From a virus (lineage: Duplodnaviria > Caudoviricetes), in the IMG/VR virus record IMGVR_UViG_3300049432_000174, positions 1-54,696 of that record: a DNA stretch of 54,696 nt; one strand, 5' to 3'. Shown here one piece after another: positions 1-8,978 of this stretch (its first letter is position 1; each line of letters begins with the position of its first letter). A model generated the notes under the pieces. That model was not told where the DNA came from and searched no databases. It was given only the letters and a program-made list of their open reading frames with translations. Made by a program: the position numbers and the translations under genes.

Positions 1-127
1 GGCCCTCCTCGAATCTGCGCCAGCGGCGGCCTTCGCAATCAACCACTACCGACCCGACGGGAGGCTCGGGATCGGTGGACGAGAGCTTCGTCATGGCTCC
101 AGTGTCCCAGCGTCACCCGAACCGTCG
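1..127. repeat. Direct repeat identical to 52863-52989 (circularity or assembly-graph overlap)
   Basis: Base-by-base identity; the copies diverge right after CCGTCG (ATC vs TTG). Confidence 0.95.
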
Positions 128-306
128 ATCAGTTCGGGCACCACTGGCGTACCTAGCTCGCACCGGCAGGGGTCATCGGAGGTGCCACACTCGCCGCACC
201 AGGAGGCGTCGGTAGGGCCAGGGCGAGGCTCCTTCATCGCCCCCCACGCCCACAGAAGCAGGCAGATGCCGTAGGAGACAACGAGCACCACCGGTAGCCA
301 CGTCAT
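91..306 (-). CDS. Small membrane protein with Cys cluster (accessory cassette)
   Basis: MTWLPVVLVVSYGICLLLWAW TM segment, CxxC, ends LIDGSGDAGTLEP; ATGA overlaps with neighbours. Confidence 0.6.
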   Translation of the reverse strand: MTWLPVVLVVSYGICLLLWAWGAMKEPRPGPTDASWCGECGTSDDPCRCELGTPVVPELIDGSGDAGTLEP

Positions 307-557
307 TTCGGGCAGTTCTTCCGGCCGTGGACGTTGCAGTAGAGCCATTCGCCGTTCCACTCCTTCGCCCGAACCTTGAAGGTGTAGCCCTGACAGAGAG
401 CGTGCTCGGGGCACTTTGGATGGGTTGTCATCCGCAGCCAGCCCCCGAAACTGTCGATGCGAGGTGACTCGATCTTGTAGACGTAGTCGCATTTGCATTT
501 GGTGAGGTCGAGCCATTCTTTGTGACGTTTGAGGCTCTCGGCCGTCGGGTTAGCCAT
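303..557 (-). CDS. Hypothetical Cys/His-rich protein
   Basis: Coupled ORF in tightly packed minus-strand array. Confidence 0.6.
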   Translation of the reverse strand: MANPTAESLKRHKEWLDLTKCKCDYVYKIESPRIDSFGGWLRMTTHPKCPEHALCQGYTFKVRAKEWNGEWLYCNVHGRKNCPK

Positions 558-774
558 CGGCTTCACCGTCGATTAGTTGCAGGCGGCGCAGGTACTCAGC
601 GGCCCAGCGACGGCGGTCGGGGTGGGTCAGTACGTCCTCGATGAAGTCCTTGATGAGGCTGTCCATTTGAGGTCCGGCCTGGATGATCTGCCCGCCGTGC
701 TTCGTCAGGGCGTTGAGGATCTGACCCTCCAGGTTGAGCATGAGATCGGCCTCGGAGAAGTCTTCAAGATCCAT
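550..774 (-). CDS. Hypothetical protein, near-identical to C-terminal half of 51150-51575
   Basis: 204-bp repeat with protein-silent differences. Confidence 0.75.
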   Translation of the reverse strand: MDLEDFSEADLMLNLEGQILNALTKHGGQIIQAGPQMDSLIKDFIEDVLTHPDRRRWAAEYLRRLQLIDGEADG

Positions 775-1123
775 CAGGACTCCCGTCGATCAGTTCGGCC
801 TCGACCACTTGTCGAGGGTTGCTGTGACGGGGGCAGTGCGGGTTGTCCGTCCGCTCGCCAGTCTCGGCGTGGTAGATGCAGAAACAAGGCTCGATCCCCT
901 GTTCCTCGAACTGGCGCAACCACCAGGCCATCAGTGTCCGGAGGGCTTCGGCGTCGGGGTGAAGCGTCAACAGTTCCTCGATGGCATCGACCACCGTGTT
1001 GGCGCACCCTGTTGCTATGACGGGGGCAGTGCGTCTCGAATACCGGAGCGCCAATAAGCGAACGAGGTGGTCCTCCACCTGCTTTACGAGGGCAGCACGC
1101 AGAGTGAGGGGAATGTCAGGCAT
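764..1123 (-). CDS. Hypothetical protein
   Basis: Coupled ORF; ends ELIDGSPDGS. Confidence 0.65.
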   Translation of the reverse strand: MPDIPLTLRAALVKQVEDHLVRLLALRYSRRTAPVIATGCANTVVDAIEELLTLHPDAEALRTLMAWWLRQFEEQGIEPCFCIYHAETGERTDNPHCPRHSNPRQVVEAELIDGSPDGS

Positions 1124-1283
1124 CGTCTGTCCCGTCGTCCTGGGCGGCTTCCCGCCAGTAGCGGAACTCCTCGAACGGGCCGTATTTCTGATCGACCCGG
1201 CGTACCTGAGTCAGAAGCCGATTGTTCTCGGCTTGGAGTTCGGCGATGACCGCCTTGATGGCCTCCTGCCCGCTGCCGCTCAT
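1116..1283 (-). CDS. Small coiled-coil hypothetical protein
   Basis: MSGSGQEAIKAVIAELQAENNRLL. Confidence 0.55.
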   Translation of the reverse strand: MSGSGQEAIKAVIAELQAENNRLLTQVRRVDQKYGPFEEFRYWREAAQDDGTDDA

Positions 1284-1459
1284 GCGCCACCCCCGTCGAT
1301 CCAGGGCTGCCCCTGCGGACGGCACAGCTCCTCGGGGTGCTCGTGCGGGTTGGCGTGGGCACAGCACCACGAGCCTGGACCGCAGCACGAATCACGACAA
1401 CACCAGCCCTCTTCGCTCTGGCGTTCATTCCGTACTAAATCGGCGGGCTGGTCGGTCAT
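1280..1459 (-). CDS. Small Cys-rich hypothetical protein
   Basis: WCCRDSCC..WCCAH; ends WIDGGGA. Confidence 0.5.
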   Translation of the reverse strand: MTDQPADLVRNERQSEEGWCCRDSCCGPGSWCCAHANPHEHPEELCRPQGQPWIDGGGA

Positions 1460-1638
1460 GGGTACCTCCGAGAGCATCGGGAGCAGACGGCCTCGGTGGT
1501 CGTCTCCCCGTTGGGCCAGCGAACCGGCGTTCGCCTCTCGGTACGGACCTGTCGGCCGCATCCGAAGCAGGGATTTCCGCTCGGGCGGTCGGTCGGGACG
1601 CCCCAGGTGACCCGTACATATTCGGCGCTGTCAGGCAT
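1456..1638 (-). CDS. Small zinc-ribbon-like protein
   Basis: CFGC...CSRC. Confidence 0.5.
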   Translation of the reverse strand: MPDSAEYVRVTWGVPTDRPSGNPCFGCGRQVRTERRTPVRWPNGETTTEAVCSRCSRRYP

Positions 1639-1725
1639 CGGTGTGGCCTCCTCTTTCCAAGGGTGGGGAGGGTCACAGGCCGCAGTCGACGCAGTCACCG
1701 CCGAGCGCGCCGCCGTCGAGGTCGC

Positions 1726-1914
1726 TCATCGCGGACCCTTGGGCTTCACTGGGGCGGGATCGTGGGTGTGGCCGGTTCCTTCGTGGCTGTGGGCGTGGTC
1801 GTGGAGGACCTCGAGGTCGGCCCACGCCGCACCGCGCCGGTCGTCGCCATGGTCGTCGGCCAGGTGGCGGCGCAGCGTGTAGGTGGACGTCGGGGCGGGC
1901 ATGGCGTCGCTCAC
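1726..1914 (-). CDS. His-rich hypothetical protein
   Basis: ORF in operon orientation. Confidence 0.4.
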   Translation of the reverse strand: MSDAMPAPTSTYTLRRHLADDHGDDRRGAAWADLEVLHDHAHSHEGTGHTHDPAPVKPKGPR

Positions 1915-2086
1915 GTCGCTGCCCCGGACCCCGCTCCGTCGCCGGGCTCGGTGCCGCCGTTGCAGGAACAGGCGCCCGACCCTTCGATGACGTCAACGCC
2001 GTCACCGAGGAAGCGATCGAAGACGAACCAGGCGAGGACGATGGCGACACCGATCGCGGTGCCCCACCCGATGGCATCGGTGAGGC

Positions 2087-2374
2087 TCACGGGACGATGA
2101 AGGTGTTGGTCCCGGGCCGGTCGGGAGGGCCGTCCATGGCGACCACGCCTTTGACCTGGCAGCCGGCGAAGTTGTACGAGTGGTGGGGCCCGTCGACTCT
2201 GGCGACCCAGTTCGTTTCCCGGTCCGACACGTCGAACCCGAGCATCTTCTTGTCTTCGATGATGCTGACGGTCCCAACGAACACGGCGTACATCTGGCCG
2301 TCGAGCGAGTGGGTGAACTCCTTCATGATGACGGCGCCGTAGAACCCTTCGACCTGGAACCGGGCCGCGCTCAC
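2087..2374 (-). CDS. Hypothetical protein
   Basis: Coupled ORF with protein-like composition. Confidence 0.6.
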   Translation of the reverse strand: MSAARFQVEGFYGAVIMKEFTHSLDGQMYAVFVGTVSIIEDKKMLGFDVSDRETNWVARVDGPHHSYNFAGCQVKGVVAMDGPPDRPGTNTFIVP

Positions 2375-2574
2375 AGGGTCTTCGCCTCGTCGGTCGTCAC
2401 CGCGACCTGGTTGGGTCCGCGGATGTAGTCCTCGAACGCCTTGGCCGTGGCGACGACGCCGGCAGAGTCACCTACCCCGCCGTGGTGGCGGATGGCCTCG
2501 CCGAGGATGGCCATGCGAAGTTCTTCGTCCGGGGTGAGCCCGCCGGACGCGGCCTCCAGCGTCGACTCGAACAT
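2371..2574 (-). CDS. Hypothetical protein
   Basis: Coupled ORF. Confidence 0.6.
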   Translation of the reverse strand: MFESTLEAASGGLTPDEELRMAILGEAIRHHGGVGDSAGVVATAKAFEDYIRGPNQVAVTTDEAKTL

Positions 2575-3488
2575 CAGACGTCACCTCCGAGGCGGTGGGC
2601 GGGTTCGCGGCAGACCGCCTGCTTCGGGGCGACCCCGGCGATCGCGGTGAGGCTCAGGGCTTCTTCGACGCCGGAGACGACCGCTCCGGTGAACTCGACC
2701 CGTTCAAGGTCGTCGGGTTGGTCGAGTTTGAATCCGAGGGTGAGTTTCCCTTCCCGGAGCCGCCACCGGAGCCGGGCGGTCGTGGCGACGGGGCCGCCAC
2801 CGACGAACAGGCGGAGGCGGAGGCGGACGGTGGCGGGGATGACCATCTCGCCGGTTTCGCCGCCTTTGGCGTCGATGTCTTCCTCGAAGTTGAATTGGCG
2901 GCGACCGTCGCGCAGCCGGGCCCCCTGCCGGAAATTCGAGGCGACGGTGGCGTGGAACGTCTGGGCGATCTCGAGCATGTCCGCCGCAGCCGGTTCGACG
3001 ATGTCGGCCAGGTGGTCCTCGACGAACTCCGCGAACGCCTCCTGGGAGAGCAGGCCGCCGGCGCAGGTGGCCGTGTCGACGGCCCGCCACGCTTCCCACT
3101 CCGGCGACCGGCGCAGGGCGAGACGAACCCGGTAGTCGCGCCAGCCCGGCGTGACGTCGTGGTCGTCGTTGAGGACCGCCACCAGCGACAGAGCGGTCTC
3201 GTCGGCGTAGATGACCGGGAGGAGCTCGGCCAGGCGCCGCTGGAGCACCGCGGCGGCGAACGACACGGCGTTGTGGACACACACCTCGCCCCGCGACATC
3301 GCCGGGCACGGCATGGCCGGCTCGACAGTGAAGAACTCCCGCTGCCACCCGGCCGGGGTGGTGACGGTCCACACCCCTTCCTCGTCGACTTCGCCGGACA
3401 TCAGGACCGGCTTCCCAAGCCCCGCTTCGTGCACGATCCTGGCCACCGCCTCGACTTCGCTGGCCCCCATGTTGTTCGTCGTGGTCAT
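2574..3488 (-). CDS. DUF2303/YfdQ-family phage protein
   Basis: AVLNDD..GWRDYR..SPEWEAW..SQEAFAEFVEDHLADIVEP..MLEIAQTF pattern. Confidence 0.85.
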   Translation of the reverse strand: MTTTNNMGASEVEAVARIVHEAGLGKPVLMSGEVDEEGVWTVTTPAGWQREFFTVEPAMPCPAMSRGEVCVHNAVSFAAAVLQRRLAELLPVIYADETALSLVAVLNDDHDVTPGWRDYRVRLALRRSPEWEAWRAVDTATCAGGLLSQEAFAEFVEDHLADIVEPAAADMLEIAQTFHATVASNFRQGARLRDGRRQFNFEEDIDAKGGETGEMVIPATVRLRLRLFVGGGPVATTARLRWRLREGKLTLGFKLDQPDDLERVEFTGAVVSGVEEALSLTAIAGVAPKQAVCREPAHRLGGDV

Positions 3489-3817
3489 TCGTGCACCTCA
3501 CCGGTCTCACGGTCGAACAGCGCCTCGTTGTACGGGTCGTCTCGGCGGAGGTTCCCGGCGCCATCGACGAAGAACACAGCTGCTTCCCGGTCCGCTTCGG
3601 GAGCCTTGACCGTCACGGCGTCGACGACGAGGACGGTGCGGCCCCGACCCCCGCCGGGTTTCACCGAAATCTTGAGCGACACCGACCCGGCTTTCCCCAG
3701 GTCATGCACCGCGCTGGTCAGCTCGGCCAGCGCGGCGGTGATCTCCAGGTCGAGTTCACCCCGGCGGTGCGCCGCGACCCATTCGCTGAACGGGCGGACC
3801 TTGGTCTCCTCAGGCAT
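3485..3817 (-). CDS. Conserved phage protein usually paired with DUF2303
   Basis: KAGSVSLKISVKP...FFVDGAGNLRRDDP. Confidence 0.7.
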   Translation of the reverse strand: MPEETKVRPFSEWVAAHRRGELDLEITAALAELTSAVHDLGKAGSVSLKISVKPGGGRGRTVLVVDAVTVKAPEADREAAVFFVDGAGNLRRDDPYNEALFDRETGEVHE

Positions 3818-3844
3818 GTGTTTCGATCCCTTCCGGTTCGGGGG

Positions 3845-4456
3845 TCAGGTGGCGAACCGGCCGGCGAGGACGGCCCGTTCGAGTTCGGTGAGGTCCCACA
3901 CGGCGAGGACGGCGTAGAGGTCGCCACTGATGTGCTTCAGCAGCGCAGGGTCCTTGGGTGCGACCCGCTGCCATTCGGCCTCCCAGAGGATGTGGTAGTT
4001 GCCGATGTTGTCGGCCGGGCGAAGGGCCGGCGGGACGGGCGGGACCATCGCCCGGGCGGTCCACCAGGAGCACGACTGGGTGCCCTCCGGGGGCGTAAGC
4101 GTCTCGGCGGGCAGTGGGATGTAGTTCCGTCGCTCCCCGCTCTTCGGACGGCCCAGGTGGTGGAACTCGACCCGGCCCTGGTCGGTGGTTCTGGCGTGGC
4201 ACCACGGCTGGTCAGCCCGCATGATGGCGAGTTGCGGGAGCCACATCGGCAGGCCGTAGCGGCTCGGCATGGTGGTCGTGCCGCCCTGGCGGATGGTGGC
4301 GGGCAGGTCGATGATCTGCTGGCCTCGGGCGAGGGCCCGGTAGCCCCGCATGATCTGCTCGTCTTCCCGGTTGTGGCGACGGCGGACGGACGCCCGGTAC
4401 TCCTCGAACTTCGACTGTGCTTCGTCCTTGGGCATCGTGATCGTGGTCAGGTCCAT
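3845..4456 (-). CDS. Hypothetical phage protein
   Basis: VPPVPP..ILWEAEW..DPALLKHI..LYAVLAVWDLTELER; SD upstream. Confidence 0.75.
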   Translation of the reverse strand: MDLTTITMPKDEAQSKFEEYRASVRRRHNREDEQIMRGYRALARGQQIIDLPATIRQGGTTTMPSRYGLPMWLPQLAIMRADQPWCHARTTDQGRVEFHHLGRPKSGERRNYIPLPAETLTPPEGTQSCSWWTARAMVPPVPPALRPADNIGNYHILWEAEWQRVAPKDPALLKHISGDLYAVLAVWDLTELERAVLAGRFAT

Positions 4457-4459
4457 GGG

Positions 4460-4600
4460 TCAGCCTCCTTCGGTCATGGTGGTGATCTCGATGTCGATGC
4501 GGGCGCCGTGGTGGGCGTCGGCGTGTCGTTCGGCGGCGGCCCAGCTGGCCGACACCTCGCCGCAGGTGTGGCACCGGTACGTGTGCGCTGTGCGGGTCAC
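4460..4600 (-). CDS. Small C2H2 zinc-finger-like protein
   Basis: YRCHTCGE...AERHADAHH; below ORF-track length cutoff. Confidence 0.5.
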   Translation of the reverse strand: MTRTAHTYRCHTCGEVSASWAAAERHADAHHGARIDIEITTMTEGG

Positions 4601-5121
4601 GGTTGGAGGTCCCGGTCGATGCGCAGGTCGGGGAGGCTCCCGCCGGTCGGTCCAGCCGGGAGCGCGGCGTGGACCGGCGGGCCGGCGATGGCGTGGCGGC
4701 GGGCCCGTTCGGCGAGCGCCGGGTAGATCTTCAGGAAGTGGGCCCGGGTGATCGCCTCGTCGCCGGCGCAGACGTCCTGCCAGGTGCCGAGCGACTGGAC
4801 GGCCCGGAGGATGAGCGGGTCGGAGAAGTCCCCTTCGGTCGGTGGGGTCATCCAGCCGAGGCGGTGCACGACCCGGTGCACCTCACCCCACGCCTCGCCG
4901 GCGTCGGGCAGCGCCGGGGCGCAGACCGTCTCCCGGAACTCGGCGACGGACGGGAGCCACTTCGCCGTGCGGGCGAGCCGGACCGCGGCGTCGCGGGCAT
5001 CGGCGAAGTCGAGGTCGACGATCAGCTCGGCCCGGATCTCGAAGTCGGACTCGGTAAGTTCCCGGCCAGGCGCGGCCGCCGAGAGGATCACCCAGATGCC
5101 GATCGCTTCGTCTCGGGTCAT
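4597..5121 (-). CDS. Replicative helicase loader/inhibitor (G39P-like)
   Basis: MTRDEAIG..LDFADARDAAVRLARTAKWLPSVAEF..AGEAWGEV; directly after the initiator gene. Confidence 0.75.
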   Translation of the reverse strand: MTRDEAIGIWVILSAAAPGRELTESDFEIRAELIVDLDFADARDAAVRLARTAKWLPSVAEFRETVCAPALPDAGEAWGEVHRVVHRLGWMTPPTEGDFSDPLILRAVQSLGTWQDVCAGDEAITRAHFLKIYPALAERARRHAIAGPPVHAALPAGPTGGSLPDLRIDRDLQP

Positions 5122-5951
5122 CGTCGTCTCCCGTCCTGGATCATCCGCAGCCCCGTCTCCGACGAGGAATGCCCCCCGCCCCGCTGGCGGGGCTGGCTGA
5201 TGCTCACCGCCGCGGTGAGGCCGTTGCCGGTCCACGTGACCGGCCCGGCCCGGATGGCCCGGGCCAGGTCGCCTTCGGCCATGCCGGCCCGGAGCGCCTC
5301 TTCGAGCCGGGCCATCACGGCCGGGAACCGCCCTCGAGTCACAGGCTTCACAGGCTGCTCGAACGCGAGCACGGCCAGGCGGTGCGCGGCGCCTTTGACG
5401 GGGTCGGTTTCCGTGACCTTCGACGAGCCGTTTCCGGTGGGCCCCGTCATCGCGGCGTCAGCCGCGAACAAACCGTTCTCTAAAACCGTAGATCTAATAC
5501 AAGGCGCGATCGGCGATTGAGGTCTCACTGGTGAGACCTTTCCCTGTCGTGGATGAGACCTTATTGGCCCCGTTGAGGTCTCATCAGTGAGACCTATTGG
5601 ACCCCCATTAAGGTCTCGTGGTGAGACCTTTTCTTCTCGGTGGTTAAGGTCTCGTGGTGAGACCTCGCTGGGGGTCCAGGACGGGTCACGCACACCGGGG
5701 ATCCGGAACACCGTGAACAGGCCCGGGCGTCGGCCCTTTTCGACAACGACCCAACCTTCCTGACGCAGACGGACCAACGCCCGGAACACCGACGCCCGGG
5801 AGTAGAGCGAGCTCTCCATCATCGACTGGAGGCCTGGATGGGAATGTTCCCCGTCCCGGTTGGCGGCGGCGGCGATGACGAGCAGGACCGACCGCATCGC
5901 CTTGTCGGGCGGCCCGTGCCGGAGCACCCAACCGGCGGCGATGCCGCTCAC
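5118..5951 (-). CDS. Phage replication initiator (N-terminal winged HTH)
   Basis: VLLVIAAAAN..HPGLQSMM..SRASVFRALVRLRQEGWV; internal iteron-like repeats. Confidence 0.75.
   Translation of the reverse strand: MSGIAAGWVLRHGPPDKAMRSVLLVIAAAANRDGEHSHPGLQSMMESSLYSRASVFRALVRLRQEGWVVVEKGRRPGLFTVFRIPGVRDPSWTPSEVSPRDLNHREEKVSPRDLNGGPIGLTDETSTGPIRSHPRQGKVSPVRPQSPIAPCIRSTVLENGLFAADAAMTGPTGNGSSKVTETDPVKGAAHRLAVLAFEQPVKPVTRGRFPAVMARLEEALRAGMAEGDLARAIRAGPVTWTGNGLTAAVSISQPRQRGGGHSSSETGLRMIQDGRRR
5520..5665. repeat. Putative replication origin: palindromic iterons AGGTCTC-N5/6-GAGACCT
   Basis: Copies at 5520-5539, 5576-5595, 5611-5629, 5647-5665 plus a half site near 5555, in locally AT-richer DNA. Confidence 0.75.
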
Positions 5952-6057
5952 CGCTCCCCCACCTGGACGTGCCGATACCGGGAGGGGCCGGGTCCGTAGG
6001 ATGCACTTCCCCGAGCATCTCGTTTTCCGGCCCCCTCCCGGGATCGACACGTCCACG

Positions 6058-6345
6058 TCACCACAGCCGGTCCGTCACTTTCGCCGCCGACGTCTGACGC
6101 CGGCGACACTCAGGGCCGATCCCATCGGCGACACTGACGGGATCGTGCAGTTCCCGACCACAGCACCGGCACCGGCCGAGCCGGCCGAGGAGCGCTTCGA
6201 GTTCCGCCCGGGCGGCGTCCCACTGGTCCGCTTCCCGCTGATCACCCCGGGCCCGGGCCCGGCGGCACTGCTCCGTGACCCACGCCAGTTTCCGGGCCGC
6301 CTTCGTCGGTTTCCGGCCGTAGGTGCGGGCGTAGTCGACCGGCAT
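6058..6345 (-). CDS. DUF6011-like zinc-binding protein
   Basis: CRCCGRELHDPVSVADGIGPEC. Confidence 0.8.
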   Translation of the reverse strand: MPVDYARTYGRKPTKAARKLAWVTEQCRRARARGDQREADQWDAARAELEALLGRLGRCRCCGRELHDPVSVADGIGPECRRRQTSAAKVTDRLW

Positions 6346-7155
6346 CTAGAACGGCTCGGTTCCGGGGGCGTCGAACGTCTCCCCCGCCGGCGGCGGGGCC
6401 GGCGCTGCGTCGCGGAACACTTCGCCGCTGGCCGGGTCGAACACCTCGCCGTCGGCGGTGACGTGCACCACCTGCTCGTCCTGCTCGATGGCCCGGGCCA
6501 CCTCGGCGGTCAGCGGCAGGAACGGCGCCATGATCCGGATCGCCGTCTTGCGGGCCATCGACGAGTAGTCGTTCTTCCACGCCGGGCTGTCCGGGCTCTT
6601 ACTCCGGGCCCGGTGTTCGTCCACCTCGTCGGGGCCGATCACCTCGAGGTAGTGGCCGCCACCCTTATAGCGGGCCAGGCCATACCACGTGTACGGCTTG
6701 CCCCGCTTCGACGTCGTCAACGGCCGGTGATGGAGAACGTCGCCGTCGAGGCCGTAGCCGTAGTTGAACTCGTCGCCTTCGCGGACCTCCCGGGCGAAGA
6801 TCGCCGCGACGTTCGGCGACCGGTACGCCAACTGGATCATGCCCTTGTAGCCGAGCACGAACGTCGCCTCGTACTGGCCGCTCCTCCCGTCCTTGAACGG
6901 CAGGAGATAGCCATGGCCGAGGGTCTTGCCCGGCTCCAGACCGAGCTGCGCCATCTGCATCACCGCCCCGAGCAGACTGGCGGTCGTGCACTCCATCAAC
7001 CGGGGGACGGTTCGCAGCTCCGTCATCACCAGCCGCAGGAACCGGTCCACGTTCAGCTGCGCCGGCAACGCCCGGGCCAGCTGGCCCTGCTGCCGCTGGA
7101 TCAGGTCCTTCACCCGGTCATGCTGCGACACGCTCCGCTCAACATCGGTACCCAT
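6346..7155 (-). CDS. recT: RecT-family single-strand annealing protein
   Basis: SLLGAVMQMAQLGLEP..YLLPF..GYKGMIQLAYRS..VREGDEF..MARKTAIR. Confidence 0.95.
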   Translation of the reverse strand: MGTDVERSVSQHDRVKDLIQRQQGQLARALPAQLNVDRFLRLVMTELRTVPRLMECTTASLLGAVMQMAQLGLEPGKTLGHGYLLPFKDGRSGQYEATFVLGYKGMIQLAYRSPNVAAIFAREVREGDEFNYGYGLDGDVLHHRPLTTSKRGKPYTWYGLARYKGGGHYLEVIGPDEVDEHRARSKSPDSPAWKNDYSSMARKTAIRIMAPFLPLTAEVARAIEQDEQVVHVTADGEVFDPASGEVFRDAAPAPPPAGETFDAPGTEPF

Positions 7156-7157
7156 AT

Positions 7158-7475
7158 TCAGGCTCCTTCGGTGATCAGTCGGAGATGGTTGGCAGAGCGG
7201 AACACCTTCGGCGGACCCCCGTCGCCATGGCGGGAGTACCGTGACCCACCGCCGGTTGACGTCCCCCCGGCCGGGGACGCAGGCGCTCCTTCACCCCGAA
7301 AGAGGAAAGGGCTAGCTCTGCCAACAACGAGGCGGCACACCGGGCCCGCCCGGACCTTGTCGGAGAGGCATGGCGTGCACCACCACGGATCGTCCGACGG
7401 CAGGTCCTCGTTCGAATTGATAGAAGGCGGGAACGTCCCCCACCTGGCGAGCACGTCGCAGCCCGGGCACCTCAC
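7158..7475 (-). CDS. Hypothetical protein
   Basis: Fills gap with GTGA overlap; two CxxC pairs; atypical composition. Confidence 0.35.
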   Translation of the reverse strand: MRCPGCDVLARWGTFPPSINSNEDLPSDDPWWCTPCLSDKVRAGPVCRLVVGRASPFLFRGEGAPASPAGGTSTGGGSRYSRHGDGGPPKVFRSANHLRLITEGA

Positions 7476-8263
7476 GGCGACACCTCAGCGGGGATCGGGA
7501 ACTCCCGCCGCCGCGCCCACGCCGGCCACGACTCCCACCGGGCGCCGTGGGTGTCAGGGCAACCCCATTCCTTCCCCAGCAGCTTCCCGGCCTGCTTCAT
7601 GAACACCGGCACGCCGGCACGGCGGCAGTCGGTGACGATCATCACGATGTTGGCCGGATCGAGCCGGCGCGCGCCCGGCCCCGACTCGCCGCCGACGATC
7701 ACCCAATGCAGATCGTCCAGCCACGACGAGAGATCGATCGGCTCGAGGAGCGGCTCGCATGACAAGAACCGCACCCGGGCCGGGCAGGCAATCAGCGCCG
7801 GGATCCGCTCCTCAGCCCGCCGCTGATCCTCCACCGTCGCGCCGAGCCACACATTGGCCGGCCAGCCGCACCCGTCCCACCAGGCCGGCACGAGGCGCTC
7901 GACGTTCTCCGGCCGCTTCGTGAGCAGCAGCCAGTCGAGCGGCCCCGTGGCGCCGATCAGGTCCCACAGCCGGGCCCGGTCGTCGTCAAGGTCGCGGCGG
8001 TCCTCGAACACGTCGGCCATCGACGCGCAGAACACCCGCCGGCGGACACCGTCCCGCTCGGCCTTCGCCGCCCACCGCAGCGGCTCGTCCCAATGCTTCT
8101 CGCCGAAGAACCGGCGCTCAGCATTCTTGCCCCACACGGCGTTCCCGGTGCGCTTGGCGAACGCCTCGGCATAACAGTTGTTGCACGCCGGGGAGACCCG
8201 GGTGCAACCCCACCACGGGTTAAAACTGTGGTCACACCAGCCGATCGCGGTGGCTTCACCCAT
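7472..8263 (-). CDS. Phage Gp37/Gp68 (DUF5131) family protein
   Basis: IGWCDHSFNPWWGCTRVSPACNNCYAE..VFCASMADVF..LLTKRP..FLSCEPLL..WVIVGGESG. Confidence 0.92.
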   Translation of the reverse strand: MGEATAIGWCDHSFNPWWGCTRVSPACNNCYAEAFAKRTGNAVWGKNAERRFFGEKHWDEPLRWAAKAERDGVRRRVFCASMADVFEDRRDLDDDRARLWDLIGATGPLDWLLLTKRPENVERLVPAWWDGCGWPANVWLGATVEDQRRAEERIPALIACPARVRFLSCEPLLEPIDLSSWLDDLHWVIVGGESGPGARRLDPANIVMIVTDCRRAGVPVFMKQAGKLLGKEWGCPDTHGARWESWPAWARRREFPIPAEVSP

Positions 8264-8468
8264 GGTTGGCCCCGATGGCGCCGATGAGTTCCCGCCTGGC
8301 CGCCCACGACATCAGGCACGGCAGGCCGCAGAAGTCGAAGACGTCGCTGTCACCGGCGATCTCGAAGTCGCGGCGGTTGTTGCGTTCGACGCGATACCAG
8401 TAGCCGGCGTTGATCGGTTCCAGCTCGGCCATGCAGCCATCGCAGCGGATGCGGTACACGTGGGTCAC
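8256..8468 (-). CDS. Small zinc-binding hypothetical protein
   Basis: CDGC...DFCGLPC. Confidence 0.55.
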   Translation of the reverse strand: MTHVYRIRCDGCMAELEPINAGYWYRVERNNRRDFEIAGDSDVFDFCGLPCLMSWAARRELIGAIGANHG

Positions 8469-8812
8469 GCGACGATCTCACAGTCGTCGAGGGCCCGGTA
8501 GAGACCTTCGATCGTCGCGAAGACGGGGATGCCGGCCCGGTCGGCGGCGTCAACTTCGGCGTCAGCGCCGGTGCTCGCCCCGGGGCGGCGCAGGACGGCG
8601 TCGCAGTGGGCGAGGAGCTCGAGGTCGTAGGCGTACCAGAACTCGACGGGCCGGGGCGAGACGAGGTGCCACAGGAGGCTCAAGTGGGGAACGACAGGGG
8701 TGACCCGGCCGTCATCGACGAGGCGAGACGCGAGCCAGATGACCTGGTGGGTGTTCTCCACCGGGTCAGGGTTGGTATAGGGCGCGGCGATGTAGACGAG
8801 CGGCTTTGTCAT
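8465..8812 (-). CDS. DUF1937/DUF4406-like (nucleoside deoxyribosyltransferase-like fold)
   Basis: LVYIAAPYT..CDAVLRRPGASTGADAEV..GIPVF. Confidence 0.75.
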   Translation of the reverse strand: MTKPLVYIAAPYTNPDPVENTHQVIWLASRLVDDGRVTPVVPHLSLLWHLVSPRPVEFWYAYDLELLAHCDAVLRRPGASTGADAEVDAADRAGIPVFATIEGLYRALDDCEIVA

Positions 8813-8978
8813 TGTGCCGTCCGTCCCGCGACGGTGAGCTGGGCTTTGCCGCTGGTCGGGTAGTGCTGCTGGTAGGTGAGGTGGCACGGCTCGACGCAGA
8901 TCAGCATGTAGTCGCCGTCACCGACCCGGGTCGTCTCGGTGTCGCCGGTCTGTTCGTCGACCACGGTCACGAGGACGG

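Noticed and set aside
122-1304. Boundary motif as CRISPR repeat or integron attC
   Set aside because: Only 11-13 bp, spaced by whole genes, with no attC-type hairpin or GTTRRRY core visible.
1423-1445. dif/XerCD site
   Set aside because: CGCCGAT resembles one arm, but there is no TTATGT-type XerD arm.
7472-8812. DNA hypermodification pathway
   Set aside because: DUF5131 and the deoxyribosyltransferase-like gene are common in phages, and no supporting pathway genes were seen.
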